From Phaeosaccion multiseriatum (taxonomy: Eukaryota; Protista; Ochrophyta, other classes), in the NCBI GenBank assembly GCA_965112735.1, contig OZ218952.1:3410001-3474000 (forward strand): a stretch of DNA of 64,000 nucleotides, in the 5' to 3' direction. The translations under genes and the position numbers were made by a program. The notes beneath the pieces are model-generated. The model ran no database searches. It was given only the letters and a program-made list of their open reading frames with translations, and had not been told where the DNA came from. Below are positions 24,920 to 38,132 of the stretch, piece after piece (the first letter of the stretch is position 1; each line of letters starts with the position of its first letter).

Positions 24920-26409
24920 TGGGTGGGTGAGCGAGCCCACGTTTGCGGTGTTTATGTGTCCCATACTTTGAGATGCATAGGACAATGGACAATGGACAAT
25001 GGACAATGGACAATGGACATCTGTCCTTATGCTGTATGATTCAGGACCTGGAAAAGAAGAGAAAGAGGGGATCAGCGGCCCTTTCGTTGCCATTTGTGAG
25101 CTGATGCTTGTGTAAAGCTTCCTCCCCCCCCCCCTCTCATGCACCAGGCCCCACCCCAGTCACTGCCTCACACATCTCTCTCCCTACATGTTGTCGTCGT
25201 CCCTTCTCTCTTTGCTCTCTCTCTTTCTCTCTCTGTCTCTCCCACTCTGATCAGCATCGACGCCTCAGATATTCTGACCAAGGCTCGCAGCTCAGTGCTG
25301 GCGGGGGTGAGTGATGCTGAGTAGTGGTGGAGTAGAGAGGAGGGGAATGTGAGTTTCAGGACAGTCAGTGTCACGGCATGACAGTGAGTAGTGAGTGTCA
25401 GGACAGTGAGTAGTCATGAGGGGAGAGGGGAGAGGGATGGAGAGCGAAATGCGCCCCTCCTTGCCCTCCCTCACTATCCGCTCTTCTTCACAGCTGCACC
25501 TGACACGGCCCCTCCCCTCCCCCCTACCATTCACTGCCATCCACTGCCATCCACTGCCATTCACTGCCATCCACTGCCACACGGCCCCGCCCTTCCCTGT
25601 GTATGATGTCGTTGGACCCACCCTCCCCCCCTTCAACAGACGCAGGAGCAGTGGGAGGAGCGCGGGCGGGCCCGTACTCTGCGTTGCCCCTCCTTAAGCG
25701 GTCTACACCGTCCCGAGGCCGCTGCCGCTGCGAGGAGAAGATCGGTCATCGGTCAGCTCAGCATGGCCACGGGGAGACGGAGAGCAAGCCTCATGGGAGG
25801 AGGAGGAGGAGCCACGGCGATGGAAGATGCAGCAGCAGCAGTAGCCGCCGTAGCAGCAGCAGCAGCCGCGGGTGGTGATACGTCAGCAGCAGGAGTGGGT
25901 GGTGCAGCAGTTGGTGATTCAGGAGGGGCAGGGTCGACGGCAATGGCCCAGGCAACTTGCGTGGCGGAGTGGCAGGCGCACAGAGGAGCGATCTTGGGGC
26001 TAACGCTAATCGATCACTCATCCGCAGCCCTCGCTTCCACGGCCACGGACTGCCTGGTAAAGCTGTGGAGCTTCGATGGAGCGCCACTGGGTACGCTCAG
26101 ACAGGCCAACAGCACCGAAGGGGCAGGAGGGGAAGGAGGAGGAGGAGGAGGAGGAGGAGGAGGAGGAGGAGGAGGAGGAGGAGGAGGAGGAGGGGGGGGA
26201 GGAGGAGGAGAAGGGGAAGAAGCAGATGGTTTTGCACAGCCTCGGAAGGATTCTACGGCTACTGAAGCGGAAGGGGCGGTTGCCCGAGGAGCGGCTGCGG
26301 GGGCTGCAGCGGGAGGGGACACAGCAGGCACCGGACTGCCCATGCAAAGAGAAGGGGAGGGAGGGGTTGAGAGCGGGAGCTTGCGTACGAGCGGACCACC
26401 GCCGGCAGC

Positions 26410-26441
<32 letters not shown>

Positions 26442-27430
26442 CATATGGGCAGGAGCAGGAGCAGGAGCAGCAGCAGGCATATGGGCAGCAACCACCTTGG
26501 CGTTTCAGAGTGGACAAGGAGCCGTCGGAGCGGAGAAAGAGGGACAGAGCGAGGGAGGTGTGCAAGAGGGTTGTGTTTGTCAAGTCGGACGGAAAGGGCG
26601 GAGGGCGTGCGAGAGGAGGAGGAGGGGAGAGGGCCGCAGCAGCGCGGAGGTGGAGGGAGGGTGGGAGGGGAGAACCCGACCTTGCAGCGACTGTAGGCGA
26701 TGGTGCACCGGGGGGGGGGGTGAGTGGCACTTCCAACAGACAGCGGTGGGAGCGCAGTATGTTGGAGAGGGAGCTGCAGCTGCAGCAGCAGGAGCAACTC
26801 AAGCGGCAGCAGTCGGCCATGTCGCTTCTTCCTCGACAAGTCAAAAGCGTAATGATGGGCACGAGGAAGGACTGGGGCAAGATTCAGGCCAACCGAGGGG
26901 CGGGGGTGACCAAGGAAGCCGAGGCACAGCTGGCCACATTCACTCTGCTGCAGCAGCAGGAGGAGGAGAGGGGGGGCGGGGGCGAGGGCGGGGGCTTAGA
27001 GCAGAAGAGACACGACAAGGACAAGAGAAGAGGAGGAGGAGGAGGAGGAGGAGGAGGAGGAGGAGGAGGAGGAGGAGGCGATGCGCTTCCCGCTGCCTCC
27101 ATGGACAAAGATCACATCAAGACGCTCATAACGAAGGACTTGGAGCGGGCGGACTCAGTGGAGGCCAAGCGTCAGCTGGTGGTAGTGGGCGGGCGTCTGG
27201 TACCCAAGCTAGACCTCATGCCCCCCGGGGGTCGGCAGGAGCGAGAAGACCATCTGCGCAGCACCCTCGACCGCCGAACACTCTTCCGCGAGCCCGTGAC
27301 GAGGGAGACGGCGGGGAGGAGCGCCAGGGGCAAGCTTGCCCGCTGGGGGGAGGGTGATGGAGGAGGAGGGCGGGGGGGGAGAGGAAGCGAAAGACACTCT
27401 TCCGTCCGTCAGAGCCTCTCCGCAAGATGA
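14825..27430 (+). CDS. Large EF-hand + WD40-repeat protein (WDR49/EFCAB8-like), multi-exon
   Basis: EF-hand motif [24 protein letters not shown]40 exons include [73 protein letters not shown] and [30 protein letters not shown]. There are long poly-S/E/K/G/Q inserts and one apparent frameshift at the G-run near 23443. Confidence 0.8.
15818..16048. repeat. Intronic 33-bp minisatellite x7 with 66-bp higher-order alternation
   Basis: Unit TATGTCAAG(C/G)ATATCATACGTAT(G/A)CTAGGGGAG. Confidence 0.95.
23832..24423. repeat. (CCT)n tract of about 590 bp in an intron
   Basis: Uninterrupted cctcct between the donor at 23684 and the acceptor at 24484. Confidence 0.95.
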
Positions 27431-27456
27431 TGCCTTCCTTCCTTCGTGGTAGGGAG

Positions 27457-27560
27457 GCATATGGGCAGGCATATGGGCAGGCGTATGGGTAGGCACATGG
27501 GTAGGCATATGGGCAGGCATATGGGCAGGCATATGGGCAGGCATATGGGCAGGCGTATGG
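27457..27560. repeat. 12-bp minisatellite (GGCATATGGGCA) about x9, just after the WD40 gene stop
   Basis: Directly visible tandem units with minor variants. Confidence 0.9.
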
Positions 27561-28099
27561 TGAGCAGGTAGGCTCAAGGACAAGAACAGGGGTTTGCCAC
27601 AGTCCAGCCACAGCAATCAGAAAAAGTAGCACCGTTCGCCGTTCGCCTATTTCAACCACAGGTGCACAGCAAGCGAAAAGATATTCAACACTCAACTCAA
27701 CTCCAGCGCTAGGCTTTGGGGAAGGGTATTATCGTATTATCGGCTCTTGGTCGTCCAAGCAGCGAAGCAAGCTGGGGAAGTAAGCAGCGAAGCAATCGAA
27801 AGCAAGGCATTGAGTGTAGCGAAGTGCATGGGCTCTCTCTCTCTCTGTCTCTTCACAGAGTCGAAGGAGGATGGAATGAATAACTCGACGTACTGTATTG
27901 TGAGGCCTAAATTGACTGACTTTTGTTCTTTCAAAATTAATGTCTTGAGGAGCAGCCCCGTGGCCGTGCCTGTGAGCACTCCCTTCCGTGGACCTCCACC
28001 CCCTCTTGCACATGATTCAGAGGCACCTGTATGTATCGGTCTGGCAGCGTACCGATCTACTGGCCGTGCGCCTGCCTGCCCATATGCCTGACTGCCGTT

Positions 28100-28684
28100 T
28101 CACATGAGAATGCGCGACGCGCTGTCCCAAGGGTCGACTTTCCCACTCCCGTGCTGCATGGATATCTGCATCGCGACCTCTTTATCTGCCGCGTCGTCAT
28201 TTGTTGAGAGCACTTGCTCCTTGATGAGGCGGCCGACAGATCCCAAGAGGAAATTCTTCTCCCCTCGTCTTCCCCCTCCTCCCCCATGCACTCCTCCTAG
28301 TCCCCCGCTTCCTCCCCCCCCCCCTCCTCCACCACCACCACCACCACCACCACCTCCTCCTCCTCCTCCTCCAGCTGCTGCTGCTGCTGCTGCTCCGCCT
28401 CCTTCTCCTTCTCTTTTTGCTCCGCCCAGCAGCTCCGTCACGACTCTCCTCACCTGTTGGTGATTCGAAGTGTACACACACATCCACGCGCGCACGCACG
28501 CACGCACGCATGCACACGCACACGCACGCACGCATGCACACGCATATGGGTCGGGAGGGCGTTGAGACGGGAGGTCAGAAGGAAAGGCAGAAATCATGCA
28601 CGCATCCACCCACGCAGACAAATACACATACACACACACACCCCCACACACACACACATACACACATGCACACATGCACACACA

Positions 28685-28747
<63 letters not shown>

Positions 28748-30626
28748 ACACACACACACCTGTGCCTTGGCGCTGTCCAGCAAGTGCTTGAGCCAATCCG
28801 CCTCCGAGAAGTGCGGCATAGCGGGGTGGAAGGCGTAGACCGCAGAGAGAAGCTTCACGAAAGCCGCGGGCAGCAGGCTGTTGTCGGCCACACGCAGGGA
28901 TGCCTCGGCGCCACCTAGCGCCTGATGTCATTGAGTGTGCGTGTGTATGTGTGTGTGTATGTGTGTATGTGTGTATGTGTGTGTGTGTGTGTGTGTGTGT
29001 TGTGTGCGAGTGTGTGTGTGTGTGTGTGCGTGTGTGTATGTGTGTATGTGTGTATGTGTGTATGTGTGTATGTGTGTATGTGTGCATATGTGTATGTGTG
29101 TATGTATGTGTGTGTGTGGGTGGGGGTGGGGGTGGGGGGGTGGGTTTGGGTGGATGGGTGCCAACAACGGGGTGAGTGGGTGGGTGGGGCAAAGAGAGCT
29201 GAGAAGTTGACCGACACGATCCAAGCTCTTGACAGCGCTCCTGAGCGTGACTATGTACGTGAGTATGCAAGTACGTGCGCTGCGTACACCCCCCCCTTGA
29301 ACAGACGCAAACCCTCCTAACATCGAGCGCCTCTCCTCTCATCACGCATGCATGCACCACGCACACACGCACGCACGCACGCACCGTGAAGATGCGTAGG
29401 AGGTCCCGGGCCTGCACCGAGTGGGACAGCGCCTCCCACTGCCTTAGGAACTGCTCCAGGGGGGTGCGAGTGGCATGCAGCCCCCCATGGTGGTGCCCAG
29501 ATCCCTCCCCTCCTCCTCCCCCTTCACCACCCCCTCCGTCTTCTCCTCCTTCCCCTCCTTCTCTTCCTTCTCCTCCTTCTCCTCCTCCTCCTCCTCCTCC
29601 TCCTCCTCCTCCTCCTCCTCCTCCTCCTCCTCCTCCTCCTCCTCCTCCTCCTCCTCCTCCTCCTCCTCCTCCTCCTCCTCCTCCTCCTCCTCCTCCTCCT
29701 CCTCCTCCTCCTCCTCCTCCTCCTCCTCCTCCTCCTCCTCCTCCTCCTCCTCCTCCTCCTCCTCCTCCTCCCTCTCCTCCTCCTCCTCCTCCTCCTCCTC
29801 CTCCTCCTCCTCCTCCTGCGCCTTCTCCTTCGGCACCAACACCGCCGTGGTCATGGTCGTGTTCTCTCCTGCCGATGGCCAAATCCTGGGCGTAGAGATC
29901 AATCTCAAGCCTAGCCACATGAGGCACATCGAGCACACCAAACGCGTCATGCAGGCGAACGCACGCGTCTTCGATCTGCCGCTGAGTCACCGCACAGGCA
30001 AAGGCCGTTGCAGAAGCAGGAGAAGAAAGCCCTTGCTCTTTCCCTCCTCCCCCTCCTCCTCCTCCTCCTCCTCCTCCCCCTCCTCCTCCTCCTCCTCCTC
30101 CTCCTCCTCCTCCTCCTCCTCCTCCTCCTCCTCCTCCTCCTCCTCCTCCTCCTCCTCCTCCTCCACCACCACCACCACCAGGACCCGCAGCAGCGCCCAG
30201 CACACCGACACGCGGGAGGTGGTGAGGAGTACGGGAAGATGCTTGCTGTCGAGGAGCAGCGAGGGGGGCGCTGATCAGCTTGCTTTGCTTCTTCTCCTTC
30301 TTGTCCTGGTTTGCTTTGTACAGCTCGAGCACCCTCCGCCAACGGTCTTCCCCGTCCCCTGCTGCCTTTTGAGAGTGGGTCTTGCGATACACAGCACTTC
30401 CCTCCCCTTCCCCTCCTCCTTTTGCGATTCCCAATGAGAGGGCTTTTTGCTGATGCGCGACGTCGTGGCTGCTCGGTGTCAGGACAGGGGAGAGGGAAGT
30501 AGAAGGCGTGAGGAGAGGGGAGGGGAGGTTGCTTGTTGTCGTATGTCGCCGGTGTGTGGACAGATCTGGCCTGATGCGGCGGTTGATTGAGCGGGAGCCT
30601 TTGCTTCTCCATGGTGAGAGAGAGCC

Positions 30627-30664
<38 letters not shown>

Positions 30665-31138
30665 TACAACCGAGAGAGAGTAGGGAGGCTCAACCCTCCA
30701 CCCCCTCACGCCTCTCCCCTGTTCTCCCCCTTACATCCTCAAGGCCTCTCTCCTCTAATCCCCCTCACCCCCTCACCCACTCACCTGCCGCTGCCGAGTG
30801 CCATCGCCGACGGTGCCAGAGGCTTGCGCATCACCCCCAACAACCTCTCTGTCTGCTTGGCCACCTTGCGTGCGCCGCTGCTATGGTAGTGCCTTCTTAT
30901 GCCCCCACTTTGGCCATTGCCATTGCCTCTTTGTGCCGATCCTGACGCGAACGATACACCTGCGTAGCTGTTGTTACCCTCTCCCTCTCCATGCCCTCCT
31001 CCACCCCCATTCGGCCGTCTCCTCTTGCTCTTGTGGGTCCTTCTGGTGGCCACTGTTTCTGCGTGGGTAGTGGCGGAGGAGGAGTAACCGCTCCGATGCG
31101 TCCCCAGTGACGACGTTGAGGACTGCTGCTCCTGCTGC

Positions 31139-31171
<33 letters not shown>

Positions 31172-31939
31172 ATCATCAACTGCTGTGCGTAGAACCCATC
31201 TTCCAGGAACTTGCAGGAAGCCCCCGCCAGAAACGAAGCAAGCGAGCCCGCATCATCACCCCCCCCTCCCTCCTGCCTCCCTTCGGTAAGGACCCCTTGC
31301 AGGGAAGCCAGGTCCATGCTCATGAGTCCAACACTCTCCGGCCTTGGACAGCCCAATCGGAGAGCCACAGGGGCGTCGGTCCAATGCTCTAACAACCCCT
31401 CCCCGTGCCGATCGGCAAGGCTGGGCAGGTTGATCTTATCCACCAGCCCGCCCCCTCGGAGCAGCATCATCTTCGGTCGCTGCTGTACCACCAACTGCTG
31501 CTGCTGCTGCTGCTCGTGTTGCCGTTGAGGGCTTTCGGTAATGCCTCCACGACTTCCCTCCCGGCTAGGACGGGCTGGGGGCTGGACTCCTACTGATGGA
31601 GCTCCAGCATCGGGCCGCTGTCGCCTCCTGGGGGGTGCCTCCCCCCCCCCCCCCCTCTTCTCCTTCCTTCTTTGTTGCTATTGCCAACCCCCCCAACGAG
31701 GGAAGGGAGTGTGAGGACCGACATGTCGTCACCCTCGTCCCCCCCTCCACCCCCTGGGCTCTGCCTCTGCTTCTGCGGCTGCCCCTGTCTATGTCTTTTG
31801 TCGTCCTTTCCTTCCTTGGTCGACAATCTTCGCCGGTTTGCCCCCCCTGCATTCTGCGGTAGAGTGGTGCCGCTGGAAGAAATGCTTCGCGGTTCCCTAG
31901 GTTTCTCCTCCAAAGATGACAATCCTCCTCCTCCTCCTC

Positions 31940-31973
<34 letters not shown>

Positions 31974-33101
31974 TCCTCTTTTCCCCTTTCTCAACTCCCT
32001 CCTCTTGTCCCGCTCTGTATCTCGAGCCTCCCTCTGCTGCTGGCGTTTCCTCCTCTCCTCCTGCTGTCTTAACTTCACCCCCCGCACGCGCGCTTTAGCA
32101 TGCTCTTCTGGCGAAGAACGCGAAGACAGCAAGGCCGGTCGAGAGGAGGAGGAGTCGCCGTCTCTCTTGCGAGTACAAGTAGAAGTAGATGCAGCAGCTT
32201 TACTACCACCATCTACATCATCATCAGCGGCGGTGGTGGTAGCAGCGAGGGCCGGGGACCGGCCGTGAACAACAGCGGCCGAGAGGGCAGCAGCCGCGGC
32301 AATCTGCGGATACATGTTTGCAAACTTGTTGGCAGTGACCCGCTGCAGCAACTTGCCCTTGTGGTTCTGCACAAAGCTGGAGCTCTCAATTCGCGCCTGG
32401 TTGGCCCTTGTCGTGAACATACATCGCTTCTCCAGAGAGAGCATGAGCCGCTCTCGTTCGTCCTGGAGGCGCTGTCTGCGCGCCTCCATCTCCCCCACGA
32501 CGGCCTTGAGCAGCAGCAGCTTGTCATCATTAGAGGGAAGTGAGTTGAGCGTCTTATGTAGGTGCCAGGACCCGTGCCTCTCCATTGGGGCCATTGCCTT
32601 GGCCTGACGTATCCACGCCGAGATTTCTGCCTCCAAACGTCTCCGTCGGTCCAGGATCATCAGGGCATTGCTGGCCGCCACCGCCCCAGATACCTGCAGC
32701 CCATTTCCTCCGGCAGCTACTGCTACTGCGGTGGCGGCGGCGGCTGCTGCTGCTGCTGCGGCTGCTCCTGCTCCTTCCACTTCATCGGCTTTGCCCCCTC
32801 CAGCCTCTCCTTCCCCGTTTCCCTTCCGTCTCCTCCCATTCTCCCCCCCCCCTCCATCCGACTCGGCGTCTTCGTCCTCGCCTCCTGCAGCAATTTTAGC
32901 CGCCCTCTTCCTAGCAGCAAGGGCGCTCACTGCCGCAGGCTGGAATGTCCGAAGGTTGTACGTGAATCTGATGTCCTTCTTGGCCCCTCCCAATCGGCCC
33001 CTCTTCCCGCCTACGCCGGCGAGGACAGCTTTGCTGACCCCTCCGTGAGTAGCACCACCCACGCTGCTCATCGCCGAGGACACTGCCGGAAAACTGGGCA
33101 T
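28100..33101 (-). CDS. Large uncharacterised low-complexity/coiled-coil protein, multi-exon (ends uncertain)
   Basis: Long ORFs 31590-33383, 30781-31494 and part of 28575-30665, plus exons near 28759-28921 and 28100-28453 bounded by GT-AG sites. It contains poly-Gly tracts and an apparent frameshift at the C-run 31641-31655. First ATG at 33101. Confidence 0.55.
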
Positions 33102-33519
33102 TTTCACCCCAAGGCCGCAATCACCTCGGCTGATGTTGCTGACGGCGAATCTCTTCGTTCTCTGATTTTCATTTAACAGCAACGTTGCCCCCCCCTCCTG
33201 CTCCTGCCGTCTGCTTTCTCCCCGCCCCGTCCCCTGTCCATCCTTCCCATCGGCCCAGAGTGGCACTTGTTCCCGCCATAAGCTACTGCTGGAGTTTGGC
33301 CACCCCTGCCGACCTCCGTCCCAGCTCGCCCTCCAGAAATCAAAAATCGTAACTGTAAGTCCGGCGGCGGTGAATGATGACAAACAAATATAACCCTTTT
33401 TTTCAGCTTTTTTTATTATTTTACCTGCTGCTGGTGGTGGTGGTGGTGGTGGTGGTGGTGGTGGTGGTGGTGGTGGTGGGCTTGCTGCACATGATATGTG
33501 CCCTCTCTCCTTCCCTGTC

Positions 33520-36399
33520 TTAAACGGCGTTCACCTCCTCCAGCATCGCCGAGTGGAGCGGACAGGGGTCGGGCCTGCCCTCTTTCTTCTTAGCCTCAGA
33601 GAGCTTGGAGAAGTAACCGTTGCGCCACTCAAGTCTGCAGTACATTTGTCAGTCAAGGGAAAGGAAAGGAGAGGACAGGAATTACTCACTCACTCACTCA
33701 CTCACTCACTCACCCACTCAATCACTCACTCACGCACACGCACTCATTCCCTCCCTTACCCTCACGCACGCACGCACTTAATCCCTCCCTCACTCACTCT
33801 TTGACCGCCGTGGGATAGTGTGCCACCGACCGTGCATAGGCAAGCAGCCGCTCCTCCACGCCGGCCTCGAAGGATACTCCGTGCTGGGCATGGATAGGGC
33901 GAGGGGATGAGGGGGATGAGGGGGTGAGGGGACAGGAGATAGAGGAGAGGAGAGGGGAGGGTAGGGGAGGGGCGAGGGGATGAGGGAGAGGTGGGCGGGA
34001 CAGCCGGGGAGCGAGGCAGGGGTTAGGCGTGCACGAGATGACACCCACACCCACCACCCACACACACACTCACCCACACACACACCCCCGCGCACGCACA
34101 CACATACACACACACACACACACGCACATACATGCACACACACATGCACACACTCACACACACGCCCACGCACACACACACATGCCCACCTCAGCGACGA
34201 TGGCGTTCTTAAGCTCCGTCATGAGTGCCGTGACCTCGGCCGTGTGCGCACTCTCCACCTCCCCCACAGAGCACTTGTGCTTGGTGCCGACCAGCATGAG
34301 GCTGCAGATCCAGATGTGCTTCTCGAACATTCTGTGGTGGGTTGGTTTGTTCGTTTGTTTTCTATACGGTTAAGTTTTTGTTTGAGGAGTCAGTTAGTGA
34401 GTAAGTCAGTGAGTGCGCGAGTGAGTGAGTACCCCCCCTCTACCCGCCACCCGCTACCCACCTTGCGTTGAACGTGGGGCGCTCCACAACGTGGCACGTG
34501 AGCCCGCCTTTGGCCAGAAGGTCCTTGAAGGCGCCCGCCCACTTGCCTTTCAGTGCCATCGGAATCATACCAAGGGGGGGGAGCCGTTGTACGAGGAGGA
34601 ATGAGACGGGGACGACTTCACCCTCTCACACAACTCGAACACCAGTCATACACAACGCACCTCACAAAAACAAACGACCGCATTGCTATACACAATACCC
34701 TATACCCTATGGCATATATCCCTAGCTCGATACTCCATACCCTATACCCACCTGTGGCAGACGTGAGCCCCTCCGGGTTCTTGTCTGTGATGCCGTCAAT
34801 TGGCGCCTCTCCTTGCTTCGCCACGGCAAAGTAGACCAGGCCCTGCCACACGCAATGCACAGCGATCGACCAGTGCAGCAACAGTGTGAGCGTCGAGAGT
34901 GCCCCCCACAATCCCAGGGGGTCCGTCCCCACGCCCCGTCTCTGCCATCACCTTAATCATACCCCACTCTACCCCACCCTATCCTGAGCCCTCCCTACCC
35001 ACTCGCTTATACCTGGCTACAGTCCGACAAGCCCTGCTCCTCCAGGAGCTCCGCGAGCACGCCGTTCTGAAGAAAGAGGAGGTCTTCCCGTCTGTCTGCA
35101 CATGGGCAGAAGGCAGGGGGGGATGGGAGGGGGGTGGGGGGGGCAGGACAGGGCAGGACAGGGCAGGACAGGGCATGACAGGGCATGACAGGGAATGACA
35201 GGGAATGACAGGGCATGACAGGGTAGGGAGTCGTCGTTCTCGTCAGGCCCAGGCAGAAGGGATGCAGTAGCAGCAGCAGTTGGTGATACATCGAGTGAAG
35301 TACCATGGTTGCATAGAGGCGCCCAAGATAAAAGCACGAGCAAAGCACAAGGAAAAACGAGGAAAAACCCGCATACACACACAGACACAACCACACACAC
35401 GTATACTACTTATATACTTGTGCATATTGTGCTTACTTTCTGGGGTGCGGTTGATGACGTTGACGAGGTCGTCATTGCGAGTGCACACCTGCATGAGCGC
35501 ATGAGTGGAGGGCAGGCGAGGAGCGAGGCGCGTAGGGACAACAACACGAGTGAGGGAAGGGCGGTAGGCCAGGGGCGAGGAGTTCAAGGTCAGCAGTACA
35601 ACGTCACCAGTGGAATGATACAGGACAGCAGGAGGAGGAGGAGGAGGATGAGGAGGAGGAGGAGGAGGAGGAGGAGGAGGAGGAGGAGGAGGAGGAGGAG
35701 GAGGAGGAGGAGGAGGAGGAGGAGGAGGAGGAGGAGGAGGAGGAGGAGGAGGAGGAGGAGAAGGAGGAGGAAGAAGGGGTGGGGGGAGGGCAGATGAGGG
35801 GTTCAGTGGTAGCAGTGCAGTGAGAGGAGAGAGGGCCGGTCCAAGGAGGGGCTGCTGCTCGCCCTGGCCGAGTCTTAGACGCTGTTCGACAAGGCGTGGT
35901 CCCGATAGGCTTAAGAAGAGATACGAGACTCACTTACATAGATTGGGCCATTTCCCTCTGCGGGGATGCTGTCCTCCCTCCCCACCAGGGTGGCCGATTT
36001 GCCGCCCATTTCCTGGAGGGTGGGATGGGGTGGGGTGGGTGCGGTGGGGCAAGGAAACAAGTGTAGACCGAGAGGGGTGGGAGAGGAGAGAGACAGAGAA
36101 GGAGGAAGAGACAGGGACAGAGGGAGAGAAGACTCATGCTCAGAAGGAGCTTCACCCGTCCATAGTGAGGAACTTACGTAAAGGGCGTTGCCAATTCTCC
36201 CTCCTCCCACGATCACTTCGTCCACTGCCATTGCCGGTGCTCGCCTTGCATGCGACCTCGGGTTCCCGCTGCTGCTACTTCTGCTGCTTCTTCTTAAAGG
36301 GCTCAGACGCGATGCGTTGGTGATGAATGCGTCTATTTGCGGCAGGATGCTTGCTCCAAGAGCAGCGGCAATTACAAAAAACAACACAGAAAGTCCCAT
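33520..36399 (-). CDS. Plastid-targeted ketopantoate-reductase-like protein (resembles the plant At1g16080 family), multi-exon
   Basis: Signal peptide with IDA-F cleavage. Exons read VIVGGGRIGNALY|EMG..GPIY|VCTRNDDL..|RREDLLFLQNG|LVYFAVAK..DG..NPEGLT|GKWA|MFEKHIWIC|ERLLAYARSVAHYPTAVKE|LEWRNGYF..DPCPLH*. Confidence 0.85.
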
Positions 36400-36522
36400 C
36401 TACAAGCGTATTGCTGCCGGCTGCGGCTGAGGTTGCGGCTGTGACTACTGCTGCTCCTACAATCAACAACCAGCAATTCAGTGAACTAGGTTAAAGAAGG
36501 GGGGGGGGGGGGGGATATTACA

Positions 36523-36547
36523 CCCTTAAGTGCCATCTATGGTTGTC
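36523..36547. promoter_or_regulatory. 25-bp element, copy 2 (centre of a 256-bp divergent intergenic region)
   Basis: CCCTTAAGTGCCATCTATGGTTGTC lies between the ATGs at 36399(-) and 36656(+). Confidence 0.55.
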
Positions 36548-36655
36548 ACGATGGTGCATGTTTGATCTATAGCTGTTGGTTATCCACCTTACCTCATGTG
36601 GCACTGTCTCTTTTCTCTTTTCCTGCTCTTTTCCTCCTAAGGTTGGCCCCCCACC

Positions 36656-38055
36656 ATGAGGACTTGGACTATATGGCCGCTTTATATTCCTCTGGCCAGA
36701 GGCTTTGGCTTCAGCGTCGCACGAGGTTTGTCCAATTCCCATTCGCGTCCGATTATTAGTCCATCCCTCAACCAAGCACAGGGATGTCTTGTGGGAGGCA
36801 GTGAGGACAGTATTCGTCGTAGTAGCAGCAACAGGAACGGACGACTCAGATCGAGGGCCACGCCCATGTTTCCAGGCGACCTCCCGGCGTTCCGGGAAGA
36901 GGAGGACGAGGGGGAGGGGGAGGGGGAGGCAGCAAAGCCCTCGGCTTCTGCTGGGGCATCTGCAGACGTGTGGGGAGACAGCGATGCCGCTCCTCTTCCC
37001 ATGTTTCCGGGAGACTTTCGTAGAGGCCCCAACCCCTCTGACTTGGAAGAGATGGGGGGGGGGGGGGCAAAGGAGAAGGTCATGGCGAGGACCCGGCCGG
37101 ATAGAGTCAGTGCTGGAGCTCAGGAGCGGACGAAGAAGCCAAAGAAGCAGGGAAAGAAATCCTCGAAAAGCAAGAAGAAGGGGGACAAGCAGCAGCCGCT
37201 TCAGGTAGAGTCGCTCCTTGATGTGCATGCAATTCATCAAAGTTCAGTCAGTGACTCAAACCACGTCATGGGCAACTGAATGCCATGAATCCCACTTACC
37301 CTCTCAGGCAATGGACTTCACCACTCTCCTACTCCTCACGCGAGAGATGGAGGCGGAGGTGGTACCTGCTCGCATAGAGAACGCCTACCAACTCGACGCT
37401 CAGAACCTGGCCCTCGGCTTACGGACACTTACAGGAGGTGAGTGAGGGAGCGAGCTCAGTCAACGAACGCAGCGGTGTGCCGCGCACGCACGCACATACG
37501 CACAGGACAAGAAGACAACCAATGTGCCAGCTGTGCCAGCAGCGGACTGAAAGAGCTTCTCTGTCTCTTCTCCCTCTCTCCTCCTGCTGCCTCCCTCCCT
37601 CCCCTTGCTGCGTGTGTTGGCTGGCATGTAACGGACGCCTACCTACCTCTCTTCCTCTCCTTCTACACACACACACATAATGATGATATATATATATGCA
37701 TAATATGTATTATGTGTACATATAAATTGACATACTCCTACGTACAGGCGAGTGGATCGGCTTCTGCTGGAACGCGCAAGCCGCCCGCGTGAGCTGGGGA
37801 GAGGTGCCCCCCCGGGGCAAGGAGAGCAAGGCCTTCACCTTCTCTCAGACGCTGCGGGCCCTGCTGAAGGGACTCTACCTATGCAAGGCATGGCAATGGC
37901 AGGCAGGGGGGGGGAGGGCACTGAATGGGCCAGAGGGGGGACGGGAGGAAGGAGATGGAAGTCACCATTATTGGTTGGGGCATTCAGTTTGTTGCAAGTA
38001 GTGGAAGGAGGAGTGTGAGTCCTTGAATTGCACTTGGATGGGCCTCATTTGAAGG

Positions 38056-38132
<77 letters not shown>

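Noticed and set aside
23526-24930. Poly-R, poly-L, poly-E and poly-P ORFs, and many HT/CV-repeat ORFs elsewhere
   Set aside because: Stop-free translations of intronic microsatellites.
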